This document shows positions 20,694-34,446 of a stretch of DNA of 64,000 nt, one piece after another (the stretch's first letter is position 1; the number at the start of each line of letters is the position of its first letter). Made by a program: the position numbers and the translations under genes. The stretch lies in NCBI GenBank assembly GCA_964534375.1, contig CAZHPN010000006.1:2787-66786 (forward strand), written 5' to 3'. The stretch comes from an uncultured bacterium. Lineage in GTDB: Bacteria > Lernaellota > Lernaellaia > Lernaellales > Lernaellaceae. The notes under the pieces are model-generated. The model was not told where the DNA came from. It worked only from the letters and a program-made list of their open reading frames with translations, and did not search any database.

Positions 20694-21923
20694 ATGTTCA
20701 CCGAATTGCTGTCGCCCGCCGAATTGGCCTTCCAGGAAAAAGCGCGCCGTTTCGCCAAGGAAAAAGTCTCGACCGAATTGCTGATGAAAATGGACCGCGA
20801 GGAGGTGCGCTTCCCGCGCGAGTACGTCAAGGCACTGGGCGACGAGCATTTGCTCGGCTGCCGCTTCGAGCCGAAGTACGGCGGCCAGGGCCTGGGTTGG
20901 ACGGCGGAGGTCGGCGCGCTGGAAGAGATCGGCGTGCTGGGCATGTCGCTCGGCTGCCTGTTCTCGATGCCGTCGATCGTCGGCGAGGCGATGCACGTTT
21001 TCGGCACGCCGGAACAAAAAGAAAAATACCTGCGGCCGCTGCTCAAGGGCGACATTTGCAGCGCCGAGGGCCTGACCGAACCGCGCGGCGGCTCCGACTT
21101 TTTCGGCGCCACGACCCGCGCGCGCAAGGACGGCGACAAATACATCCTCAACGGCCAGAAGCGCTTCGTGGTCGGCGCGGAAGGCGCGGACATTTTCCTG
21201 GTCTACGCCAAGACGGCGCCGGACGCGCACCCGCACAAATCGCTGTCGGCGTTCATCGTCGAGCGCGACAAGACCGTTGAGGTCGAGCACGTCTACGGTC
21301 TGATGGGCACGCGGGGCGGCGGCACCGGCCGCCTCGTCTTCCGCGACACCGTCGTGCCGGCGAAGAACCTGGTCGGGCCGGAAAACGCCGGCGGCGAGGT
21401 GTTCAACCGGATGATGATTCCGGAACGCATGACCAGCGCGGCCGGCGCGCTCGGCGGGGCCCGCGCGGCGCTGGAAGTGGCGTCGTATTACGCGACCAAG
21501 CGCAAGGCGTTCGGCCAGCCGATCGTCAAGTTCGAGGGCGTTTCGTTCCGCATCGCCGAGGCGGTTTCCAAGTTGGATGCGGCGCGCGCGCTGGTGTGGG
21601 CGGCGGCGAAACGGATCGACAGCGGCGCCGATTCGCGGCGGATCGTCTCCGAAGCGAAGAAATTCTCGACCGAAATGGCGTGGGAAGTCGTCAACCACTC
21701 GATGCAAATCATGGGCGGCATCGGCTACACCAACGTCTACCCGATCGAGCGGATGCTGCGCGACACGCGCCTGACGATGATCTGGACCGGCACCAGCGAA
21801 ATCATGAGCCTGCTGATCCAGCACGAATATCTCAAGGAAATGGCCGCCGAACGCGGCATCAAGCGCGACAGCGAAGCCGACGCCGAAAACGCCAACGCGG
21901 AAGGCGAAAAGATCTTCGAGTAG
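20694..21923 (+). CDS. Acyl-CoA dehydrogenase
   Basis: 409 aa with the ACAD N-terminal, middle and C-terminal domains ([16 protein letters not shown]...[30 protein letters not shown]). Confidence 0.85.
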   Translation: MFTELLSPAELAFQEKARRFAKEKVSTELLMKMDREEVRFPREYVKALGDEHLLGCRFEPKYGGQGLGWTAEVGALEEIGVLGMSLGCLFSMPSIVGEAMHVFGTPEQKEKYLRPLLKGDICSAEGLTEPRGGSDFFGATTRARKDGDKYILNGQKRFVVGAEGADIFLVYAKTAPDAHPHKSLSAFIVERDKTVEVEHVYGLMGTRGGGTGRLVFRDTVVPAKNLVGPENAGGEVFNRMMIPERMTSAAGALGGARAALEVASYYATKRKAFGQPIVKFEGVSFRIAEAVSKLDAARALVWAAAKRIDSGADSRRIVSEAKKFSTEMAWEVVNHSMQIMGGIGYTNVYPIERMLRDTRLTMIWTGTSEIMSLLIQHEYLKEMAAERGIKRDSEADAENANAEGEKIFE

Positions 21924-21998
21924 ATTCGGTCAGGCGAATCCACCGTCCGAGGAGTCGTCAATAATCAGTTGGAGGGCGCGCCTGCTCGCGCGGAGAGA

Positions 21999-22370
21999 TT
22001 ATTCCGGGCGGCGCGCCAGGAGCGGTGCATGCCGCTGTTGAAGTTCGCGTGAGTCATCGCGCTTCATAAACGGTCTCCGCGCCCTTAAGGAGCTTTCGCG
22101 ACGAATCCAGTTTTCACTGCGTTCGATGGCGCGCCGGCTGACGAAATCCACTTTTCGCCCAAGAATGGCCGAAAGTTCGTCTTCCATGTCAACGTAATCG
22201 AACAGACTCCAGCCCGCGTCGGGCTGAAATGTCGCCAGGACGTCGACGTCGCTGCCGGGCCGGAAATCGTCGCGCAATACTGAGCCGGAGAGTTCCAGCG
22301 TGCGAATTGTTCAACGCCGGCAAAACTCTGCGACGCGTTCGTCCGGCCAGTCGATGTTACGCGGTTTCAT
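21999..22370 (-). pseudogene. Nucleotidyltransferase (MNT/HepT-antitoxin-type minimal NTase) interrupted by an in-frame TGA
   Basis: The reading frame [50 protein letters not shown]... has the conserved GS-x9-DxD NTase motif. TGA (22311-22313) is a genuine stop elsewhere in this window, for example at the end of actB. There is no hepT partner downstream. Confidence 0.5.
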
Positions 22371-22437
22371 GGCGAAATCCTCGCTGACAAGACGGCAAAC
22401 TTGCGAGGCTTTTGCAAAAGGCCCCGCCGGGGCGAAC

Positions 22438-25683
<3,246 letters not shown>

Positions 25684-25700
25684 GCTGAACTCCTTCAGGC

Positions 25701-25744
25701 GGTTCCGGGTTTCGGGTTCCGGGTTTCGGGTTCCGGGTTCCGGG
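25701..25744. repeat. Tandem heptamer array (GGTT[C/T]CG)x6, the inverted partner of 26207-26245
   Basis: ggttccg ggtttcg ggttccg ggtttcg ggttccg ggttccg. This is the reverse complement of the CCGGAAC array on the other side of the four-helix-bundle gene. Confidence 0.9.
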
Positions 25745-25822
25745 AAAGAAAATCAGAGATAGGGCGTTCGGTTCGCCAAATACCGTCACGGTCAAGACAT
25801 AGATGCTCGCCCAAGTAATACG

Positions 25823-26191
25823 TCATGACGATTGTGGCTCGCGAAGCGCCTGAACCAACTTGGTTAACAATTGGCCGCACCGCTTCGTTAGATCCCACGC
25901 GGCGCGGGTCTGTTCGTCATTAAGATAGCCGAGGCGCACCGCGATCAACATGTGAGTTTCTGTCTCGGTCAACGAACCATTCGCGATGGACAGAAACCGC
26001 AGATATTCGGCGCGATGAAACCGGCCGTAACCTTCGGCAATGTTCGCCGGAATCGAAACCGCCGACCTCCGAATCTGGCTGGTGAGCCCGAACCGTTCAT
26101 CGGCCGGCAGCGACTTCGTCAGTTGATAAATTTCCGTTACCAAGTCCATACTCACTTTCCACGCGTCTAATTCTCGGTAACTTGTGATCAC
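25823..26191 (-). CDS. Four-helix-bundle protein (TIGR02436 / 23S rRNA intervening-sequence protein family)
   Basis: 122 aa. Family-typical sequence (DLVTEIYQLTKSLPADERFGLTSQIRRSAVSIPANIAEGYGR...SLTETETHML). GTG start with GAAGGAAAG SD. GC content clearly lower than the flanking carA and carB. Confidence 0.8.
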   Translation of the reverse strand: MITSYRELDAWKVSMDLVTEIYQLTKSLPADERFGLTSQIRRSAVSIPANIAEGYGRFHRAEYLRFLSIANGSLTETETHMLIAVRLGYLNDEQTRAAWDLTKRCGQLLTKLVQALREPQSS

Positions 26192-26206
26192 GTCTTTCCT
26201 TCGCCA

Positions 26207-26245
26207 AACCCGTTACCCGGAACCCGGAACCCGAGACCCGGAACC
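26207..26245. repeat. Tandem heptamer array (CCGGAAC / CCGAGAC) x4-5, the inverted partner of 25701-25744
   Basis: cccggaacccggaacccgagacccggaacccgg. Complementary to the 25.7-kb array, so the transcript can form a roughly 35-40-bp stem enclosing the four-helix-bundle gene. Confidence 0.9.
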
Positions 26246-26255
26246 CGGCCTCCCT

Positions 26256-27392
<1,137 letters not shown>

Positions 27393-27402
27393 TCGCCGTC
27401 CT

Positions 27403-29304
27403 TTAACAAGGGCTGTTCGCCGCCGGCGGATTCTTGCGCCGATAGGCCGTCAGAATCAAGTCGCGGAACAGCGGCGCCGGCGCCTCCAATTTCGAGGTCA
27501 GTTCCGGATGGAACTGGCAGGCCATGAAGTACGGATGGCTCGGCAATTCGAGGATCTGCTTGATCTCGCCGCTCTTGTTGTGACCGGAGAAGACCAGGCC
27601 GGCCTGCGTCAATTGCGGCACGTATTCCGGATTGACCTCGTACCGGTGCCGGAAGCGTTCGCGGGTCAGGCTGGCGGCGTAAATCTGCTGCGCCCGCGTG
27701 CCGGCGTCGATGTACACGTCATGGCCGCCCAGGCGCATCGTGCCGCCCTTGTTGATGACGTTGATCTGCTCGGGCAGGATGCACACGACCGGGTGCGTGA
27801 TCTCCTTGCCTTCGTCCGCCGCCTCGGTCGTGTGGGCGCCCGCGAGCCCCAGAACATTGCGCGCGTATTCGACCACGGCGAGCTGCATGCCGTAGCACAG
27901 GCCGAGAAACGGGATGCCGTTTTCGCGGCAGTGCTGGATCACTTTGATCTTGCCCTCGATTCCGCGGGTGCCGAAGCCGCCCGGCACGATCACGGCGTCG
28001 ACGCCCTTGAGCATCTCGGACGCGTCGCTGCCGTTGCGCTCCAAAGCGGTGGTGTCCAGCCACTCAATCCGTGCCCGGCCGTCGATATGGGCGGCGCTGT
28101 GGCGGATCGCCTCGATGACGCTCGCGTACGAGTCGTGCAGGTCGGTGTACTTGCCGCAGATCGCTACGCGCAGCAGCGGTCCTTCCGAACCGCAGAGGCG
28201 ATCGACGAGGGTCCGCCATTCGGCGAGGTCGGGCGGCGAGTAAATGTTGAGCCGCTTGTGCAAGATTTCGGTGAGGCCCTCTTCTTCGAAGACCAGCGGG
28301 ATGCGATACACGGTGTCCACGTCGACGCCCGAGATGACGGCGTTCTCGTCAATGTTGCAGAAGAGCGAAATCTTCTTCTTGATTTTCTCCGTCAGCCGGC
28401 GCGGGCTGCGGCCGATGATGATGTCCGGTTGGATGCCGCGCTCGTTGAGCAGCTTGACGGCCTGCTGCGTCGGCTTCGATTTGTGCTCCTCGACGCCCGC
28501 CGGGATGGGCACGTAGGTCAGCAGCACGATCACCGTGTTGTCGCGCCCCACCTCCAACCGCAATTGCCGCACGGCTTCGATGTACAGCTCGTTTTCCATG
28601 TCGCCGATCGTGCCGCCGATCTCGATCAGGCCGACGTCGGCCTCCATGCGGCCGGGGATCTCGTAGAACCTTTCCTTGATGCAATCGGCAACGTGCGGAA
28701 TCAACTGCACCGTCTGGCCGAGGTAATCGCCGCGGCGCTCGCGCTCCATGATCGTTTTGTAGACCTTGCCCATCGTCAGGTTCCACAGGAAACGACACGT
28801 CACGCCGAGAAAGCGTTCGTAGTGGCCGAAGTCCATGTCCACTTCGCCGCCATCGTCGAGCACGAACACCTCGCCGTGCTCGATCGGATTCATCGTGCCC
28901 GGGTCGGTGTTGAGGTAGCCGTCGCATTTGATCGGCACGATGCGCAGCCGCGAGGCGAGCAGCTTGCCGATCGACGCCGCGGCGATGCCCTTGCCGAGGC
29001 CCGATAGAACGCCGCCGATCACAATGATGTACTTCGTGCGCTTGCGGCCCCACTCGATCGCTTCTTCCCATTCCCGATCGCGTTCCGGCATTTCATCGCC
29101 CAAAAGCACCTCGGATGTGATCTCGTGGCCGGCGAGAAAAACGTCGAGATCCTCCTGGGTTATCCGGTATTGGCCACGATTGCCTACCTTGATCGCCTTC
29201 AAATCTCCGGACTTTACCCATCGCCGTACAGTGCTGATGGAAATCTTCAAGCGATCCGCGATGTTCTCAAGCGTTAAGAACCGTTCTTGTTCTTTTGCAG
29301 GCAT
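27403..29304 (-). CDS. pyrG: CTP synthase carrying an N-terminal excisionase-family helix-turn-helix extension of about 88 aa
   Basis: Residues about 89-633 are canonical PyrG ([22 protein letters not shown]...GATase GLCYGMQ). Residues 1-88 ([49 protein letters not shown]) match the Xis/MerR-type HTH_17. No stop codon and no in-frame ATG, GTG or TTG separates the two parts. Confidence 0.85.
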   Translation of the reverse strand: MPAKEQERFLTLENIADRLKISISTVRRWVKSGDLKAIKVGNRGQYRITQEDLDVFLAGHEITSEVLLGDEMPERDREWEEAIEWGRKRTKYIIVIGGVLSGLGKGIAAASIGKLLASRLRIVPIKCDGYLNTDPGTMNPIEHGEVFVLDDGGEVDMDFGHYERFLGVTCRFLWNLTMGKVYKTIMERERRGDYLGQTVQLIPHVADCIKERFYEIPGRMEADVGLIEIGGTIGDMENELYIEAVRQLRLEVGRDNTVIVLLTYVPIPAGVEEHKSKPTQQAVKLLNERGIQPDIIIGRSPRRLTEKIKKKISLFCNIDENAVISGVDVDTVYRIPLVFEEEGLTEILHKRLNIYSPPDLAEWRTLVDRLCGSEGPLLRVAICGKYTDLHDSYASVIEAIRHSAAHIDGRARIEWLDTTALERNGSDASEMLKGVDAVIVPGGFGTRGIEGKIKVIQHCRENGIPFLGLCYGMQLAVVEYARNVLGLAGAHTTEAADEGKEITHPVVCILPEQINVINKGGTMRLGGHDVYIDAGTRAQQIYAASLTRERFRHRYEVNPEYVPQLTQAGLVFSGHNKSGEIKQILELPSHPYFMACQFHPELTSKLEAPAPLFRDLILTAYRRKNPPAANSPC

Positions 29305-29349
29305 AGGGCCTCCAGTGCTGGTCAGGAGTGGTCATCTGGTCGGAACAGA

Positions 29350-29385
29350 TTTATAAATCTTTTCTCTTGGCGGGTCAAGCCGGGC
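29350..29385 (-). promoter_or_regulatory. Sigma70-type promoter for the pyrG-carA-carB operon
   Basis: The minus strand reads cTTGACCcgccaagagaaaagattTATAAAtc: -35 TTGACC, 17-nt spacer, -10 TATAAA. Confidence 0.5.
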
Positions 29386-29400
29386 TACAATCGCCGTTTT

Positions 29401-30186
29401 CTAATAGCCAAGACCGTGTCGGAAAGTGATGCCGCGATCCGTCTGTTCCACCCATGGTTGCAAACAGGCCTGATCTTTGCGGATCAACGCGCTAAACGAG
29501 TTGCCCTGACCACGAAAAAGGGTATTCAAAATCCAGACGGCGATCCGCGCCAAGGCGCTCATCAATTTTTTTCCCAGCAGTTTGCCGAGCGGATGCTCCT
29601 TTAGGTAACTGTCGGCCAGACTCGCTGAAAAAAAGAATTCGGTCGCGAAATAAAGAGACGGAATGCGGGCGGGGTCCAGGGAGCGAATCGTCTTCTCGAA
29701 TTCCCGCCGCGTCCAACGATAAACATAATTGGGAATCGGCGAATTATTTACGCCCCCGACGAGTTCCTGGTTGTCGACCACCGCGCAGATTTCGTAGTCG
29801 AGCGCCAAACCAAGCCTGGCGAAAAGCCGGATCGTCCAGGAGTCATGCGCCTCGAAGACCGCAACGCATTTCCTGGCCACGCGGTGCATTTCGCACAGCG
29901 CCAAATGCGGCTGCGAGCAATGGTGGAGACCGGCATGCACCATCACAATGTCGAAACTACTGTCCGCGAAGCCGAGATGATGAGCGTCCTGAACGACGAA
30001 ATGCTTCAACGCGGCGTCGGCCTGCAAGGATGACAGCACGCAGTCCGCGAAACCCAGCGCTTCCATTACCTCTTGATCGAATTGGCCGCCGCACACAATC
30101 AACGTCCGGTCGCGCGGGGAAAGCCATCCCTTATCGATGAAGAATTTCAGCCGCCGATACATTACGCTGTCCGAAATCGCCGTCAT
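29401..30186 (-). CDS. Class I SAM-dependent methyltransferase
   Basis: Methyltransf_11-like motif (LIVCGGQFDQEVMEALGFADC). Probable start MTAISD at 30186. Confidence 0.65.
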   Translation of the reverse strand: MTAISDSVMYRRLKFFIDKGWLSPRDRTLIVCGGQFDQEVMEALGFADCVLSSLQADAALKHFVVQDAHHLGFADSSFDIVMVHAGLHHCSQPHLALCEMHRVARKCVAVFEAHDSWTIRLFARLGLALDYEICAVVDNQELVGGVNNSPIPNYVYRWTRREFEKTIRSLDPARIPSLYFATEFFFSASLADSYLKEHPLGKLLGKKLMSALARIAVWILNTLFRGQGNSFSALIRKDQACLQPWVEQTDRGITFRHGLGY

Positions 30187-30257
30187 TCTGCTGCGCTCCA
30201 ACCCCTGCGGCCGACTCGCCGGCATCGTAGGCGAGGTGTCGATGCGGTCGCAACCCC

Positions 30258-31358
30258 TTATTCTGCGCCGTCTTCCGATTTCGCGACCGACTCGAGCCGC
30301 TGAAGAAGCGCCGTCGCGTCGCCGGCGGGGAACAGCTCGGCGTCGGCCGCCATTTCGGGAATGCCGCCAACCCGCGACGCGACCACCCGAAGACCCATGG
30401 CGCGCGCCATCCCGATCACCGACGGCGCATTTTCATGGCAAAGCGAGGGTACGATCAGGCAATCGGATTCGCGAAATTGCTGCCCCAATTCGTCGTGCGG
30501 CAGATGGCCGAGCAGCACAAAACGACGGTCGCCGTCGATCAGCCGCGCCAACGTCTCGCGTTGCGAGCCGGCGCCGGCGAGGCGCAGCACAAACGGCGGA
30601 TCAGTTGTCGCCTTGAGCGCGTTGACCAAGAAGACGACGCCCTTGTGCATCTCGAATTGTCCGGCGTACAGCAGGCGCAAGGGTTCGCCGGCGCGTCGCG
30701 GAATCGAAGGCCCGGCGATCGCCGGCAAGGGGTTGGCCGCCGCCTCCCGCTGCGACCGCGGGAAAAAGCCGCGCGCCGCAAGTTGCTCCAGCAACCAGCG
30801 CGATCCGCACACGACGCGAGCCGGCGAGCCGACCAAGGCGCGGCAGACGGCCTGGTAGACGCGATGGAAATTGTCGTCGAGCCGCGCCTCGTCGCCGGCC
30901 ATGAGCAGGCCGGAAGGCTGGAGAAAAATGATATCGTGCATACGATGCTCGCAGCGGATGCCGAGCGAACGAATCGCCAGCCACGTCAGCCAACCGACGC
31001 CCTTCACATTGTGCGTCAACGCCGCGTCGGGCTTCTCACGGCGCAGAACGGCGCGAATGGTGAAAAAAGCATGGAGATTGAACATGTCCAGCGCGTGCCA
31101 GACCGCCCGCACCCAAAACGGTTGGGTGAAAATGCGCGGATAATGCAAGATGTTCAGCGGGAAAAAGCGGAAAATCCGGACGCCGTCGCGTTCCTCGACC
31201 GCTGGCCGCAAGCTGCGCAGGCCGCGGAATGGCGCGGAAGTGATGACGAAAACTTCGTCGCCGCGGTCGCGGATTTCTCTTACGTTGGCCGCGGCGACGA
31301 CCTCCGCGCCGCCGACCGCGTCCGGTTCGTACAGGCCCGTGATGACCGCCGCTTTCAT
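30258..31358 (-). CDS. Glycosyltransferase family 4 (GT-B, GT1 superfamily)
   Basis: Probable start MKAAVITGLYEP. GT4 C-terminal motif (ESDCLIVPSLCHENAPSVIGMARAMGLRVVASRVGGIPE). Confidence 0.75.
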   Translation of the reverse strand: MKAAVITGLYEPDAVGGAEVVAAANVREIRDRGDEVFVITSAPFRGLRSLRPAVEERDGVRIFRFFPLNILHYPRIFTQPFWVRAVWHALDMFNLHAFFTIRAVLRREKPDAALTHNVKGVGWLTWLAIRSLGIRCEHRMHDIIFLQPSGLLMAGDEARLDDNFHRVYQAVCRALVGSPARVVCGSRWLLEQLAARGFFPRSQREAAANPLPAIAGPSIPRRAGEPLRLLYAGQFEMHKGVVFLVNALKATTDPPFVLRLAGAGSQRETLARLIDGDRRFVLLGHLPHDELGQQFRESDCLIVPSLCHENAPSVIGMARAMGLRVVASRVGGIPEMAADAELFPAGDATALLQRLESVAKSEDGAE

Positions 31359-31447
31359 GACGTATGCCTCTGCACGGGCGCCGTCGCCGAAAAACAAAGT
31401 ACGAAAGGCCGGCGGCGCGCGGAACGCGTTGTCGCGCACATCGTCGA

Positions 31448-32509
31448 TCACCATTCCGCCAGCGGGTTGTCGCGCCATTGCGCGACGAACTCGCGGCGCT
31501 TCATGAGGCGCGCCGCCTGCCACAGGCGCCGGAACCCGACCGCCTGCGCGGCAAGACGCGCCAGCGCGAACGAACGCTCGCCCGTCAAACGGGCCAATTC
31601 CGCGAGACAGCGGAGCCCAACATCGTCGCGGCGCGCGCCAAACGCGACGTTCGCCTCGGAAACCCGGCGACGGAAAAGTTCGGTCGTCAGTCGCTCGGCG
31701 TCAAAATGATCGCCAAACGCCTGCCGCTCGCCCTCGATCGTTTCGCGCAACTCGTCCGCCCACCGCGATTCCGCTTTTTCCTCGGCGGGCAAAGTCGCCC
31801 ACCAGGCGCGGCGAATGCCGCGGTGGGCGTCGACTTGTTCTTGTCGATGGGTCGTGGTGATCGCCTGCGCGTGCACGCGGTAGCGCAGCAAGACCTCGGG
31901 CAAGTTGGCGAATCGCGTCCGAGCCGCGAGGCGCGTCCACAGGTCGTAGTCCTGCGCGTAACGAAATTCGGCGGCGTAACCGCCCGCGTTCCTCGCGAGG
32001 TCTCGGCGGAACATCGCGACGGGATGGGGAAGCGGCGAACCCAGGCGCAGCATCCGCCGGATTTCGCCGTCGCGACACGGGAACCAGCGTCGCCCCGCAG
32101 GTTGGTTGTCCTCGGCGATCAATTCGCACTGGGCGCCGACCACGCCGATGTCGCGATCGCCGTGCAGCAGTTCAACCTGCCGTTCGAGCCGCTCCGGGGC
32201 ATACAGGTCGTCAGCGTCGGCGCGGGCCACGAATTCCCCGCGCGACCAGGCGAGCAGACGCCGCAACGCCTCGGTGGCGCCGGTTCGCGATTGAGTGCGA
32301 ACTTGGATTCGCCGATCGCCAAACGACCGCGCGATATTGGGCGAATCGTCGGTCGAGCCGTCATCAAGAATGAGCAGTTCGAAATCGTCGAACGTTTGCG
32401 CCAGGAGGCAGCGGATGGTTTTCTCCAGATGCCGGCCGCCGTTGAACACCGGCAGAATGATCGAGATTCGCGGCGTCCGTTCCGTCGCCCCGCCCGCGTC
32501 GCGCGTCAT
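31448..32509 (-). CDS. Glycosyltransferase family 2
   Basis: ISIILPVFNGGRHLEKTIRCLLAQTFDDFELLILDDGSTD (GT2 DxD region). Probable start MTRDAGG. Confidence 0.75.
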   Translation of the reverse strand: MTRDAGGATERTPRISIILPVFNGGRHLEKTIRCLLAQTFDDFELLILDDGSTDDSPNIARSFGDRRIQVRTQSRTGATEALRRLLAWSRGEFVARADADDLYAPERLERQVELLHGDRDIGVVGAQCELIAEDNQPAGRRWFPCRDGEIRRMLRLGSPLPHPVAMFRRDLARNAGGYAAEFRYAQDYDLWTRLAARTRFANLPEVLLRYRVHAQAITTTHRQEQVDAHRGIRRAWWATLPAEEKAESRWADELRETIEGERQAFGDHFDAERLTTELFRRRVSEANVAFGARRDDVGLRCLAELARLTGERSFALARLAAQAVGFRRLWQAARLMKRREFVAQWRDNPLAEW

Positions 32510-34395
32510 GCCGAAATCTCCGGATAGGCGATCCGCCACAACGCCAGGCAGAGGAGTTGCCACACGCGATAGTTGTCGGTCCAGTTTCGTCCGGCGCCGC
32601 GGCGGTGAACGGCGCGCACTTGCTCCATGTCAAGCAGGCCGTGCAGGGGCGAATCGCCCGCCAACAGGAGTTCGCCGGTCAGGCGTTTCACCGTTGGATC
32701 GGCAAGCCAGACGGCGACCGGCGCGCCCAAGCCCTTTTTTTCCGTGCGGGAGCGAACCTCGGGCGCCAGCCAATCGCCGACTGCTTTCTTGAACAATCCT
32801 TTCAATTGCCCGTCCGGCAGGCGAACGGCCGACGGCATCGACAGCGCCAATTCCACCAATTCGTGATCGAGCAGCGGGCTCCGCAGTTCCAAACCGCACG
32901 CCATCGCCGCGATGTCCACTTTCACGAGCAGATCGTCCGGCAGATAGGCGCCCAGGTCGTAGGCGGCGCACCAATCGCCGTCGTCGAAACCGGCGCCGAG
33001 GCGATCGTACCGACCGAGCAACAGTCGTTCGTGCGGCGTTGGGTCATTGGGGCCCAGACCCCAGCCCAGCAGCCGCTTGCGCAAGCCGGCCCCGCAATAT
33101 GGTTGCCCGAAGATCGCCAGGTAGCGATTGGAAAAATCCACCGAGGGTCGACGTTCCTCGAATCGACGAAGCCGGCGAAACAGCGGCCAACGGCTCGCGC
33201 GCGCCGAGGCGCGCGCGAGCCGCCGCCGGAGGTCAAACGTCGTGTTCGCGGCCGGCTGCATCAGGGCCCGCGCGTCGAGATAGCGGCCGTAGCCGCCGAA
33301 AATCTCGTCGCCGCCGTCGCCGCCGAGCACGACTTTCACGTGACGCGACGCCTCGCGGCAGAGATCGAGCATCGGCACAGCAGCGGAATCGGCGAACGGT
33401 TCGTCGTAGATGCGCTGGAGCCGCGCCAGCGTCTCTTCCAGTTTCCAACCCGAATGCAATTCCGTGTGGTTGGCGCCGACGTGATTGGCCATCGCCCGCG
33501 CAAACGGCGTTTCGTCGTCGCGCTGCCCGAAGCCGATCGAAAACGTGCGCAATGGCGCGGACCCATGCCGCGCGGCCGCCGCGGCGACGGTCGAACTATC
33601 CCAGCCGCCGCTGAGAAACACGCCGAGCGGCACGTCCGCTTCCAACTGGCGACTGACCGCGCGGTCCGTCGCGGCGCGCACGAGCTCGACCCATTGTTCC
33701 GGCGTGCGATCTTCGTGCGCGCCGAGCGGCGGCCGCCAATAAGCGGCCGTTCGGACGGCGCCGTTTTCCAGCAGCAGCGTGTGGCCGGGCGCCAGGCGCG
33801 CGATTTCGCGGACGGCTGTGCGTTCGCCGACCGTGTGCAGCACGGCGAGATACGAATCGATCGCCTCGCGGTCGACCGTAAACGCCGCGCCGCCGAGCGC
33901 GAGGATCGCTTTGATCTCCGACGCGAAAACGAGACGGCCGCCGCTCACACTGTAGAAGAGAGGCTTTTCGCCGAGGCGGTCGCGCGCGCAAAACAGACGG
34001 CGACGGTTCGCATCCCAGATGGCGAAGGCGAACATCCCGCGCAGGCGTCCGACCATGGCGGCGCCCTCGTCCTCGTACAGGTGAATCAGCGCCTCGGTGT
34101 CGCTGCGAGTCTTGAATTGATGTCCTTTGCCGGCCAGTCGCTCGCGGATTTCGCGATGATTGTAGATTTCGCCATTGAAGGTGACGACGACGGAGCCGTC
34201 CTCATTGGCCATCGGCTGCGCGCCGCCTTGCAGGTCGATGATGGAAAGCCGGCGGTGTCCCAACGTGGCGCCGGCGTCGGTCCATATGCCCTCGCCGTCG
34301 GGACCGCGATGCGCCAGCGCCGACAGCATCGGGCGCAGTTCCTCACCGCGCCGCGGCGCGCCGTCGAGCGACACGATGCCGCAAATCCCGCACAT
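32506..34395 (-). CDS. asnB: Asparagine synthase (glutamine-hydrolysing) paralog of the type found in polysaccharide clusters
   Basis: N-terminal Ntn MCGICG start. GATase-II plus the synthetase domain (SGGWDSSTVAAAAA). 4-nt overlap with the downstream GT2. Confidence 0.85.
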   Translation of the reverse strand: MCGICGIVSLDGAPRRGEELRPMLSALAHRGPDGEGIWTDAGATLGHRRLSIIDLQGGAQPMANEDGSVVVTFNGEIYNHREIRERLAGKGHQFKTRSDTEALIHLYEDEGAAMVGRLRGMFAFAIWDANRRRLFCARDRLGEKPLFYSVSGGRLVFASEIKAILALGGAAFTVDREAIDSYLAVLHTVGERTAVREIARLAPGHTLLLENGAVRTAAYWRPPLGAHEDRTPEQWVELVRAATDRAVSRQLEADVPLGVFLSGGWDSSTVAAAAARHGSAPLRTFSIGFGQRDDETPFARAMANHVGANHTELHSGWKLEETLARLQRIYDEPFADSAAVPMLDLCREASRHVKVVLGGDGGDEIFGGYGRYLDARALMQPAANTTFDLRRRLARASARASRWPLFRRLRRFEERRPSVDFSNRYLAIFGQPYCGAGLRKRLLGWGLGPNDPTPHERLLLGRYDRLGAGFDDGDWCAAYDLGAYLPDDLLVKVDIAAMACGLELRSPLLDHELVELALSMPSAVRLPDGQLKGLFKKAVGDWLAPEVRSRTEKKGLGAPVAVWLADPTVKRLTGELLLAGDSPLHGLLDMEQVRAVHRRGAGRNWTDNYRVWQLLCLALWRIAYPEISA

Positions 34396-34446
34396 GATCT
34401 GCTTTCTCCGAACGCCGGGCGAACGCCGCCCGCCGTCCAAATTGCC

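Noticed and set aside
25701-26245. Heptamer arrays considered as a possible CRISPR array
   Set aside because: The units are 7 bp, directly abutting with no spacers, and occur as two inverted blocks flanking a gene. There are no cas genes.
29030-29060. Possibility that the HTH and PyrG are two separate genes
   Set aside because: There is no stop codon and no in-frame ATG, GTG or TTG at the HTH/PyrG junction, so as sequenced they form one ORF. This is kept as a finding with a resequencing caveat rather than split.
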